A stretch of DNA of 64,000 nt, taken from contig JBIJDH010000005.1 of NCBI GenBank assembly GCA_044344255.1, positions 1-64,000 on the forward strand, given 5' to 3'. This DNA is from Myxococcota bacterium (GTDB lineage Bacteria; Myxococcota_A; UBA796; UBA2385). Both the position numbers and the translations under genes were made by a program. The stretch's first letter is position 1. The number at the start of each line of letters is the position of its first letter. Positions 12,156 through 20,354 of the stretch are shown one piece after another. Under the pieces are notes generated by a model that saw only the letters and a program-made list of their open reading frames with translations, ran no database searches and was not told the origin of the DNA.

Positions 12156-12704
12156 ATGTCCGTACGAAACGTGAGTGTCCAGCAGAAAACGGGTGACCTC
12201 GCCTTCACGCTGGCGACGTGGCTCTATCTCCTCGCGCGCGCCGGGCACCTCCCGACCGAGGGCGCTGTGCGGGACGCCCTCAACGGCCTGCTGGGCCTCG
12301 ATCCCGCAGCCGACGCGGAGGCCGCCGGCGCCGTCCTGGTCGGCGCGGTGAAGGGCGCCCTCGGTGACGCGGGGGAGCCGGCCGAGGTCGAGGCCCTGCT
12401 GGTGGGCCTCTTCGGGGCCGGGCACCTCGAGGCCGCCCCGGGGGGCGACCGCGCGGCCACGCTCCACGCCCTCCGGGCCTACCACTTCCGCAGCGGCCTG
12501 CCGTGGCTGGCGCGGGTGGTGAGCCGCGCCGAGGACGGATCGATCGGGCTCCATTGGCTGCTGGTCGAGCATGTCGCCGATGAGGTCATCATCATGGACC
12601 CCTACCCCTGGGACGACGTCGAGGAGCAGCTGAGCCTGCCGAGCGTCGACTTCCTCGTCCGCTGGGAGCTCGCCGGTCGGATCGCCCTTCGCTGGCGGGC
12701 CTGA
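12156..12704 (+). CDS. Hypothetical protein, possible inactive C39-peptidase-like fold
   Basis: GAGGTG SD before ATG 12156; HWLLV..VIIMDP..F..W pattern; no Cys in the protein. Confidence 0.6.
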   Translation: MSVRNVSVQQKTGDLAFTLATWLYLLARAGHLPTEGAVRDALNGLLGLDPAADAEAAGAVLVGAVKGALGDAGEPAEVEALLVGLFGAGHLEAAPGGDRAATLHALRAYHFRSGLPWLARVVSRAEDGSIGLHWLLVEHVADEVIIMDPYPWDDVEEQLSLPSVDFLVRWELAGRIALRWRA

Positions 12705-12721
12705 GCGAGACCTGACCCGGA

Positions 12722-15241
12722 TCAGCCGCCTTTGCGGCCCCGGAGCCAGACGGCGGTGGTGGTGGCGGACAACATCACCATTACGACCGCCGCCAGCATG
12801 GCGGACAGCGTGGTGTGGGAGAAGCCCATGTCATCGGCGGCGTCCGACATCTTGAGGCCGAGCTTCCAGAGCGAGCCGTTGATGGGCTGCTGCTCCCACT
12901 CCCCCTTCTTGTAGGTGCTGACGGCCAGCAGGTTCCCGCACTTGATGATGGCGTCGAAGGTGTAGCGCTGGATCGTCACCCAGGTGAAGGCCTGCGCCAG
13001 CGGCCCCATGTCGCGCACCGACACCATGATCGAGGAGAAGGTGATCTGCGGGATCAGGAGCAGCGGGAGGGTGCCGACGGCGGCCTCCGAGCTCGTCCAG
13101 ACCGAGCTCACGAAGAGGCCGATGCTGATGCCCACGAAGCCGGTGAGCACCGTGGTGGCCATCAGGTGGGGGAGCGAGAACTCGTAGGCCCCCATCCCGA
13201 TCGCCGCGTAGAGGAAGGCCGAGAGGATGGCGCACTGGAGCGCGATGAAGCCGCCGAGCACGATCACCTTGGAGGCGACGTAGGGCAGCACGCCGACGCC
13301 CACCCGGCGCTCACGCTGCCAGACCACCCGGTCGCTGATCAGCTCCCGTACGGCGGCCGACATGCCGAACCACAGGCAAGAGAGCGACAGCATGAACAGC
13401 ATCGGCGCGGTGGGGGCCTTGAAGACCACCCACATCACGATGGCGAGCACGGGCGGCTGCACCCCGAGCACGGCCATCCCGGTGCGGTCGCGGAGCTTGA
13501 CCCTTAGATATCGGCCCGTGAGCGTCGTGAGTTGGCGGAGCTGGGAGCGCTGGACGCCGCCGCCCTCGACCGCCTTGCTGCGGGAGACCCCGGCGAGCCC
13601 GATCAGGTGCTCGCGGGTGGCCACATACTTGCGGGCGGCGGGCCCCTCTCGGTAGCGGCGCCCCCACTCGGCCGGCTCGTGATCGCTGAAGCGATTGAAG
13701 ATGGCGTCAGGGGTGCTCACGCCGAAGGAGCGGCAGGCCTCGGCGGGGGGCCCGAAGAAGGCGAGCCGGCCGCCCTTGGCGAGCACGAGGAGGTGGTCGA
13801 CCTGGGCCATGACCTCGGGGGTGAGGTCGTGGGTGACGAGGAAGACGATGCGCCCGCGATCGGCGAGCTGGCGCACCAGGCGGACGATGTCTTGGGAGGC
13901 GCGGGGGTCGAGGCCGCTCGTGGGCTCGTCGAGGAAGAGCACCCGGGTGGAGCGGGTGAGCAGCTCCTGGCCGAGGTTCACGCGCTTCCGTTGCCCGCCG
14001 GAGATCCCGCGCCGGAGCGCGTCACCGATTCGGCTCTTGCGGATGTGCTCGATGTCGAGCTCGGAGAGCACCCGATCGACCTCGGTCTGGACCTCGGCGT
14101 CGGTGACGTCCGGGGAGAAGCGCAGCCGCCCGGAGTACGAGAGGCTCTCTTCGACCGTGAGCTCGGGGGAGACGAGGTCATCTTGGGGCACCACCCCCAC
14201 GAGGGAGCGGTCGAGCGCGAGCAGCCCGTGGAAGCTGTGGCTGTCGAAGAGCACCTCGCCAGAGTCGGCGGGGGCGATGCCGTTGATGGCGTTGAGCAGG
14301 GTCGTCTTGCCGGCGCCCGAGGGGCCGACCAGCGCCACCACCTCGCCGGTGAAGACGGTGAAGGACACGTCGTCGAGCAGGCTGACCCCGCCGATGGCCC
14401 GCGAGACGCCGCGCACGGAGAGGGCCGAGAAGCTGCGCTCGCCGAAGACCTGCAGCCGGTCGTCCACCACCGTGAGCGTGTAGGGGCCGATGCGGAGCTT
14501 CGCCCCAGGGGCCAGGGGGGAGGAGGTGACGGCGGCGCCGCCGACCACGGTGGGGCGCCCGCTGCCGAGGTCGACCACGCGCCAGCCGTCGCCGTCGCGC
14601 ATGAGCTCGGCGTGGCGGACGGCGACCTGGGGATCGGGCAGGCAGACGTCGCAGCCGGAGGCCCGCCCGATCACCAGGCGGTCCTGGTTGAGCGGGAAGA
14701 AGAGGTCGCCGGTGGCGTGCCGGCCGTCGTGCTTCTGGAGCAGGGCGGTGAACAGCACGCCGTCGACGCTGAGGTCTTGGGCGGCCTGCTGGAGCCGCGA
14801 GATCTCGGTGGGGTTGATGCCCCGCTCCGCTGCGGCGATCGCGAAGAGCGTGTCGAGCAGCAGCAGGGCCTCGCTGCTGCCGTGGCGGTGGGCGAAGGCG
14901 CCGAGGTCGAGCTCGTCGCCTGCCGCGCTCCGGAGGGCGGCGCCCGACCCTTCGCCGAAGTGGGCGGCGAAGGAGCGGAGGTCGTGCTCACTGAGGGTGG
15001 CCCGGAACTCGGGGGCCAGGGTGAGCCGGACGAGCTGCTGGCCGAGCTTCTCTTCGAGGCCGGTGCGGGTGTGCACGGCCGCGACGAGCGCCTTCCGCTC
15101 GGCCGGGGTGGGATCGGTGAGCGAGAGGGCACGAACAGCGAGGCGGGCGAGCTCGACGGCGAAGGAGAGGCTGTCGTCGTCGATGTTGATGGTCCGCTCG
15201 GCCAGAGCTTCGCGGAAGCGCTCCTCCAGCCGGCTCGCCAT
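12722..15241 (-). CDS. ABC transporter fusion: TerB-like + FHA + ATPase + ABC-2 permease
   Basis: FHA LVIGRASGCD..RHA; Walker A GPSGAGKT, signature ISGGQRKR, LFLDEPTSGLD; C-terminal TM permease. Confidence 0.9.
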   Translation of the reverse strand: MASRLEERFREALAERTINIDDDSLSFAVELARLAVRALSLTDPTPAERKALVAAVHTRTGLEEKLGQQLVRLTLAPEFRATLSEHDLRSFAAHFGEGSGAALRSAAGDELDLGAFAHRHGSSEALLLLDTLFAIAAAERGINPTEISRLQQAAQDLSVDGVLFTALLQKHDGRHATGDLFFPLNQDRLVIGRASGCDVCLPDPQVAVRHAELMRDGDGWRVVDLGSGRPTVVGGAAVTSSPLAPGAKLRIGPYTLTVVDDRLQVFGERSFSALSVRGVSRAIGGVSLLDDVSFTVFTGEVVALVGPSGAGKTTLLNAINGIAPADSGEVLFDSHSFHGLLALDRSLVGVVPQDDLVSPELTVEESLSYSGRLRFSPDVTDAEVQTEVDRVLSELDIEHIRKSRIGDALRRGISGGQRKRVNLGQELLTRSTRVLFLDEPTSGLDPRASQDIVRLVRQLADRGRIVFLVTHDLTPEVMAQVDHLLVLAKGGRLAFFGPPAEACRSFGVSTPDAIFNRFSDHEPAEWGRRYREGPAARKYVATREHLIGLAGVSRSKAVEGGGVQRSQLRQLTTLTGRYLRVKLRDRTGMAVLGVQPPVLAIVMWVVFKAPTAPMLFMLSLSCLWFGMSAAVRELISDRVVWQRERRVGVGVLPYVASKVIVLGGFIALQCAILSAFLYAAIGMGAYEFSLPHLMATTVLTGFVGISIGLFVSSVWTSSEAAVGTLPLLLIPQITFSSIMVSVRDMGPLAQAFTWVTIQRYTFDAIIKCGNLLAVSTYKKGEWEQQPINGSLWKLGLKMSDAADDMGFSHTTLSAMLAAVVMVMLSATTTAVWLRGRKGG

Positions 15242-15289
15242 CTCTCACCCTCCGCCTCGTGGGTTCCGCTCGGGGGAAGGTCCCCGGTC

Positions 15290-15339
15290 TGGACCGATCG
15301 GTCGTGGACCGATCGGTAAGTGACCTATCGGTAGGTGAC
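15290..15339. repeat. Degenerate 15-bp tandem repeat (about 3.3 copies) across a stop codon
   Basis: TGGACCGATCGGTCG / TGGACCGATCGGTAA / GTGACCTATCGGTAG / GTGAC; includes the palindrome GACCGATCGGTC. Confidence 0.8.
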
Positions 15340-15744
15340 GGCCAAGGCGACGCCGGACTTCTGCTTGTTGTCCGTGACGCTCGCGGCGTACACGGCCACA
15401 TAGTAGGTGTCGGTCCGCGAGGGCTTGTAGGTGAGCATGGGCTCCCGGTCGTCCGTCTTGTCGCGGAGCAGCTCGTCGCCGTTGGCGTCGTGCAGCACCA
15501 CGTCCACGTCGGTCACGTTGCTGTCGCCGCAGATGCGGATCTTGTACTCGTTGCCGGCGTACAAGGTGACCAGGTAGATGCGGTGCTCACCGCGGCCGAG
15601 CTTGGAGTTCGTCGCGGTTCGGACGGCCCAACCTTCATTGTAGTCGGCCCAGATCTTGGTGCGGAGGCAGGTTTCGGCCTCCTTCACGTCTGCGTGGGCG
15701 ACGGGGGCGAGGGCGAGGCCGGCGAGGAGGGTGAGGATCTGCAT
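15325..15744 (-). CDS. Small secreted beta-rich protein (PPC-like)
   Basis: Signal peptide ..AHA; LYAGNEYKIRICGD..DVDVVLHDANG..YYVAV pattern; GGAG SD. Confidence 0.75.
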   Translation of the reverse strand: MQILTLLAGLALAPVAHADVKEAETCLRTKIWADYNEGWAVRTATNSKLGRGEHRIYLVTLYAGNEYKIRICGDSNVTDVDVVLHDANGDELLRDKTDDREPMLTYKPSRTDTYYVAVYAASVTDNKQKSGVALAVTYR

Positions 15745-15752
15745 GGGAGCTC

Positions 15753-16598
15753 CTAGAGCATCGTGAGCACAGCGCCCGTCGCGCTGTGGATGGTGGCCAC
15801 TTCCTGCTCGCCGAGGGTCTCCTTGCCGGCGACCTCCTTCAAGGTCTTCAGCGACTCCTTCAGGCGGTCGATCACCTCGTCCGGGGCCTTGCTGGCGCCC
15901 TCTCGGTTGACGTACTCGGTGAAGTGATCGACGACGGTGGGCTGCTTGAGGAGGCCGGTGGCGCCCTCGTACTTGCCCGCCGCCTGAAGCGCGCCGCTCA
16001 CGAGGTGAGCGCCCTCGAGCCAGGAGCCGGCCTGGATGAGGGGCACGACCCAGTCACCCGCCTCGTATTGGAGCTCGGGCACCAGCACGCCCGAGAGCTC
16101 GTCCACCTCCTTGAGGAGGTCTTCGCGGCTGACGGCGTCGTTGGCGATGCGGTTCTTGATGTCGTCGATCGTGTTCTGCACGTCGGTGCCGCCGCCGAGC
16201 TTCTGGAAGCCCTCCTTGAGGCGGTCGAGGCGAGCGATCATCTGCTCCTTGGGAGCGGTCTTGACCGTCAGCGTGAGGTCAGCGAGGACAACGCCGGTGC
16301 GGACCGCGATCTGGTCCTTGTTCTCGACGTTCATCTTGATGTCGCGGTCCTTGATCATGTCCGCGAGCTTGTTCGAGATGCCGGCGTTGGCGAGAGCCTT
16401 CTCCATCTCAGCGGGCGAGGGGACGAGGGCGGTGGCCACCGCCTCGGCCTTCATGGCGTCCATCGAGAGCTTGGCAGGGGGCTCCTCCGCGACGGGCGGG
16501 GCCTCCACAGGGGTAGGAGGCGGCGGGGCGGCCTTCTTCTCTTCGCCGCCGCAGGCGGCGAGCAGGACCACAGCGAGGGACATCGATCGGAGTTTCAT
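15753..16598 (-). CDS. Helical lipoprotein of unknown function
   Basis: Lipobox LAAC after ATG 16598; VPSPAE, GVVLADL and GSWLEG motifs; strongly biased codon usage. Confidence 0.8.
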   Translation of the reverse strand: MKLRSMSLAVVLLAACGGEEKKAAPPPPTPVEAPPVAEEPPAKLSMDAMKAEAVATALVPSPAEMEKALANAGISNKLADMIKDRDIKMNVENKDQIAVRTGVVLADLTLTVKTAPKEQMIARLDRLKEGFQKLGGGTDVQNTIDDIKNRIANDAVSREDLLKEVDELSGVLVPELQYEAGDWVVPLIQAGSWLEGAHLVSGALQAAGKYEGATGLLKQPTVVDHFTEYVNREGASKAPDEVIDRLKESLKTLKEVAGKETLGEQEVATIHSATGAVLTML

Positions 16599-16735
16599 CA
16601 GAGCTCTCCCAGGCAGACGTTCGCGGAGCGAGAGGCTACGCGGGTTCGGCGTCGCGGGCAAGGGTGGGGGTCGTGATCCCGGGCAATTCAACCCGGGAGG
16701 CCGCGTGACATATCGTAGACTGAACGAGGGCGGGC

Positions 16736-18160
16736 TCAGGCCTTGTGCGTCACCCGGGCGGCGACGACGACGGCGGGGTCGGCGTCCTCTTCGCGCCCAC
16801 AGACGACCGCCCCGCGGAAGCCGAGCGCCTCGACGAGGGCGCGGAGGTCGCGCCCGGAGCGCCGAACCATGGGCCAATTCAGCAGGTGATCGAAGATAGG
16901 GCCGTCTCTGGCCGGCGCGAGCGCCGTGATGATCAGGAGACCCCCGGGGGCGAGCTGCCCCTTGAGCCAGCCGAGCAGGGTCGCGAGCAGACGGTCGGGC
17001 AGGTACTCGGAGAGGGAGTCCACCACGATGAAGTCGGCGGGATCGCGCCAGGAGCCGCCTTGGCCCACGGCGAGGGCGGCGATGTCCTCCTGCTGGAGGC
17101 TGAGCGTGACGCTCGCCGTGTGGCGGGGGAGGGCGGCGTCGAGCGCGGTGAGCGCGCCGCGGTCGCTGTCGAGGACGCGGATGTGGGCGCCGCTGCGGCC
17201 GAGGCTGGGCATCAGGCGGCGGAGGATCGCCTCGGCGGAGGCGGTGAGCATGAGGATGCGGGCGGGGCGATGGGGTGGCAGCAGGGAGGCCACCGTCCTT
17301 GAGGCGATGTTGGAGCGGCGGCGCAGCCCCTGGCAGGTGGGGAGGGCGAGGATGGCCTGATCCATCGCCGCCCCGAGCTCGTCCTCCCCGCGGGCCTCTC
17401 CCTCCTGGATGTGAGCCATCAGGCGCGGATCGCCGCTGTGCTGGTTGGGGGGATCGAGCGAGAGGGCGGAGGTGCGGGCGCGGCCGAGCGAGGTGCGGAG
17501 CTCCCGCGCCAGGGCGAGGCCGGCCTTGGTGGCCTCCTCCCCCGCCGGGAAGCCCGACAGCCAGCGCGTCGACTCCTCGACGAGCGCGTGGAAGGCGGAG
17601 ACGGCCTCCACCTTGGCTTCGCCGTCGTTGGTGGCGCGGCGCAGACGGGCGTCGGCCTCGAGCCAGCGACTCTGGGCCCTCCCCGCGACCTCGCGCGCCT
17701 GTTCGGCCACGCTGGCCCCTACCTCAAGGCTGCGGCGGCCGCCCATCCCCCCAGCCGAGGCGGTGGAGCTGAGCTTGCGGAACCGATCGACCGTGGTCTC
17801 GGCGATCGCCCGGTAGAAGACCACCGCGAAGTCGGGCTCGGCCTCGAGCACCCGCCCGAGGGACTCCCGCTCCCAGACCCGCACGCTGGACTCGGCGGAG
17901 GCGCGGACGTCGGCGGTGCGGGGGGCGGCGTCGAGGAAGGCGATCTCACCCACGACCGTCCCCGGGCCGATCAGGTTCAACACCACCTCGGGAGACTGTC
18001 TCGTGTCTACCACGTCGAAGCTGCCTTCTTCGATGAGGTAGATGTCGCCGCCCCGCTCACCTCGGCGGATGAGGTGCTGGGAGGGCTTGAGGCGCACCAC
18101 CCGGCCGGCGGCCAACAGGCGCTCGCGGGTCGGGCCGGGGAATCGATCGAGGAATTCCAT
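16736..18160 (-). CDS. cNMP-binding domain fused to a degenerate class I SAM-methyltransferase-like domain
   Basis: LIRRGE..IYLIEEG..GEIAFLDAAPRTADVRA; C-terminal DFIVVDSLSEYL..LAPGGLLII..LNWPMVRR; start ATG 18160 (the 1140-aa ORF extension is shadow sequence). Confidence 0.82.
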   Translation of the reverse strand: MEFLDRFPGPTRERLLAAGRVVRLKPSQHLIRRGERGGDIYLIEEGSFDVVDTRQSPEVVLNLIGPGTVVGEIAFLDAAPRTADVRASAESSVRVWERESLGRVLEAEPDFAVVFYRAIAETTVDRFRKLSSTASAGGMGGRRSLEVGASVAEQAREVAGRAQSRWLEADARLRRATNDGEAKVEAVSAFHALVEESTRWLSGFPAGEEATKAGLALARELRTSLGRARTSALSLDPPNQHSGDPRLMAHIQEGEARGEDELGAAMDQAILALPTCQGLRRRSNIASRTVASLLPPHRPARILMLTASAEAILRRLMPSLGRSGAHIRVLDSDRGALTALDAALPRHTASVTLSLQQEDIAALAVGQGGSWRDPADFIVVDSLSEYLPDRLLATLLGWLKGQLAPGGLLIITALAPARDGPIFDHLLNWPMVRRSGRDLRALVEALGFRGAVVCGREEDADPAVVVAARVTHKA

Positions 18161-18310
18161 CCCCCCATCGTGCCACGGGCGAACCGCCGGCGCATCCTCC
18201 CGGCCGGGGAGCCCACCGCCCTGCGATGCGGGCTGTGGGGGCGGCCCTTCGGTGTTAGGTCCAGCCCCCGCCCAGCGTGGCTTACATTCGCTAGGATCAG
18301 GAGTCCCGAG

Positions 18311-18871
18311 ATGAGTGGATATGTTGACAATTCCGCCCAAGGGCGCGCCGAGGCCGACCTCTCCCAGCAGATCGACGGCTTCGTGGCCCGCCTTCGCCGC
18401 TCTAGCGAGGAGGTGCGCGCGGAGGTCAAGGCCGCCCTCACCGAGCTCGCGCAAGGCACCCAGGGCTCCAAGGTGCGCGATCTCCTCGAGACCGCGATGA
18501 AGGGGGAGCTCCTCGAGGTCCAGTGGGAGATCGAGGAGGTCCTGGAGGCCACTGCGCCGAAGAAGGTCGAGCCCCCCGCTCCCGCTCCCGCTCCCGCTCC
18601 CGCTCCCGCCGCCGAGAAGCCGGGGGCCAAGCCCGCGACGCCCGGGGAGAAGCCGAAGGCCGGCGGCAAGATCACCGCCGCTGACCTCAACCTCGTCTAC
18701 GACGATCCGCGTGGCATCATGCTGCACAAGTCGAAGGTGGGAGAGCGTTGGTTCCTCACCCAGCCTGACCCCCGAACCGGCGCACCGCAGACCTTCGAGC
18801 TGCACCCGGAGGAGGTCACCCAGATCAAGGGTCAGCTCAAGGGCAGCCCCTACTGGGTCGTCGGCGCCTGA
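18311..18871 (+). CDS. Hypothetical two-domain protein with a (PA)n linker
   Basis: AGGAG SD, ATG 18311, typical codon usage; CCCGCT hexamer run encodes PAPAPAPAPA. Confidence 0.75.
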   Translation: MSGYVDNSAQGRAEADLSQQIDGFVARLRRSSEEVRAEVKAALTELAQGTQGSKVRDLLETAMKGELLEVQWEIEEVLEATAPKKVEPPAPAPAPAPAPAAEKPGAKPATPGEKPKAGGKITAADLNLVYDDPRGIMLHKSKVGERWFLTQPDPRTGAPQTFELHPEEVTQIKGQLKGSPYWVVGA

Positions 18872-18922
18872 TCGCCTCCGGAGAGGTCCACCGTGGCGAA
18901 GCTCAGTCCCAGAGGTCCGCGC

Positions 18923-20332
18923 ATGCCGTCGCTTCGGTCTCCTCCTGCTGGCCTCCCAGCCCTGCTCGCCTTGGCCCTGCTCGGCTGCTCGGGGCGGGGT
19001 GCCCTGCTTCACAAGGCCGAGGGGTACCTCGACGATGGGCGCTACTCGGCGGCGGCGCGCACCTACGAGCGGGTGCTGGAGAAGCGGCCAGGGGAGCCCG
19101 AGGCCCTGTTGGGCGTGGCCCGGGCCTGGATCGGGGCCGGTGAGCCCGACAAGGCGATCGTCCCAGCGCAGGTGGCGGCCGAGAAGCGGGTGAAGGGTGC
19201 CGACGCCGTGATGGCACGCGCCCTCCTGCTCACGGGCCGGGGCGCCGAGGGCCTGCCCTACGCCGAGTCCGCCTCTAAGGACGACCCCGACTCCGCACCC
19301 TTGCTCCTGCTCGTCGGAGAGTCCCGGCTCGCGCAGTCGGACTTCGGGGGAGCGAGGGAGAAGGCGGACAAGGCGGTGGGGAGCGAGGGGGGCGCAGCGG
19401 CCTACTCCTTCGGAGCATGGATGCACGCCCGCACCGCGGACTGCCCGGGGGCGATCTCGCTGGCCGGGCGCGCGGCCACGGCGGCGGTCTCCGACCCCGT
19501 GATCCAGTCCGAAGCCGCCGCGGTCTTTCGGCTCTGCGGTGACAACCAGCGAGCGGGCGCTGTGGCCAGCGCGGCCCGCGCGCTCCTGCCCGGCGGCCCG
19601 GGCGCCCTCCGGGTAGAGGCCGATCGTGTGCTGCGGGGCGGCGACACCGAGGGCGGTCTCCGTCGTTTCTCCGCCTTGCGTGCGGTGTACCCGGATGAGG
19701 GGCGATACGCGGCCCAGGTCGGCAAGATCTGGCTCGGGCGCAAGGTCTACGATCGTGCTGCCGCCGAGCTCTCCTTCGCGCTCTACCTGCCGCCCTACGC
19801 CGCGGTGCTGGGGACGGGCGGCGTCCAGGTGGTCGATCGCCGCTCCGACGGCATCGACCCCGAAGAGCGAGAGCGTCAGGTGGCCCAGCTCTGGGCAGAG
19901 CTCGCGGAGGCCCGCCTCGGTATGAGAGACCTGCGCGGCGTGGCCGACGCTCGACAAAAGGCGGCGGAGGCCGGCAAGCGAAAGGAGCCCGCCGTTTGGC
20001 TGGCGGTGGCGGAGAGCTGGGACCGAGCGGGGGACAAGACCGCGGCCTTCGCGGCTGCGCAGCGCTCGATCGAGCTCGACAGCCAATTCCAGCCGGGTCA
20101 AGTGCTCTGTATGCGGCTCTATGCCGCGGCGGGAGAGATCGACCGCGCCATCGGCCACGGCCGAGTCGCCTGGGAGCTCAACCCGAACGACGTCGAGACC
20201 ACCCTCCTGCTCGCCGCGCTCTACCAGCGCCGCAGCGACCCCGCCGAGGCGCGGCAGATCCTGTCCGTGACCGCCGAGCGGCTCCCCGACAACGCCCGCC
20301 TCCGCGAGGCCCTGCGGAAGCTCGAGCCCTGA
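18923..20332 (+). CDS. TPR-repeat lipoprotein
   Basis: Lipobox LLGC; multiple TPR-like helix pairs (AARTYERVLEKRPGEPEALLGVARA). Confidence 0.82.
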   Translation: MPSLRSPPAGLPALLALALLGCSGRGALLHKAEGYLDDGRYSAAARTYERVLEKRPGEPEALLGVARAWIGAGEPDKAIVPAQVAAEKRVKGADAVMARALLLTGRGAEGLPYAESASKDDPDSAPLLLLVGESRLAQSDFGGAREKADKAVGSEGGAAAYSFGAWMHARTADCPGAISLAGRAATAAVSDPVIQSEAAAVFRLCGDNQRAGAVASAARALLPGGPGALRVEADRVLRGGDTEGGLRRFSALRAVYPDEGRYAAQVGKIWLGRKVYDRAAAELSFALYLPPYAAVLGTGGVQVVDRRSDGIDPEERERQVAQLWAELAEARLGMRDLRGVADARQKAAEAGKRKEPAVWLAVAESWDRAGDKTAAFAAAQRSIELDSQFQPGQVLCMRLYAAAGEIDRAIGHGRVAWELNPNDVETTLLLAALYQRRSDPAEARQILSVTAERLPDNARLREALRKLEP

Positions 20333-20354
20333 CGGCCCGGGACGGGGGGCCCGC

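Noticed and set aside
18161..20158. N-terminal extension making the cNMP protein 1140 aa
   Set aside because: It is antisense to two credible genes; the cNMP domain begins at ATG 18160, which has a -10-like element 6 nt upstream
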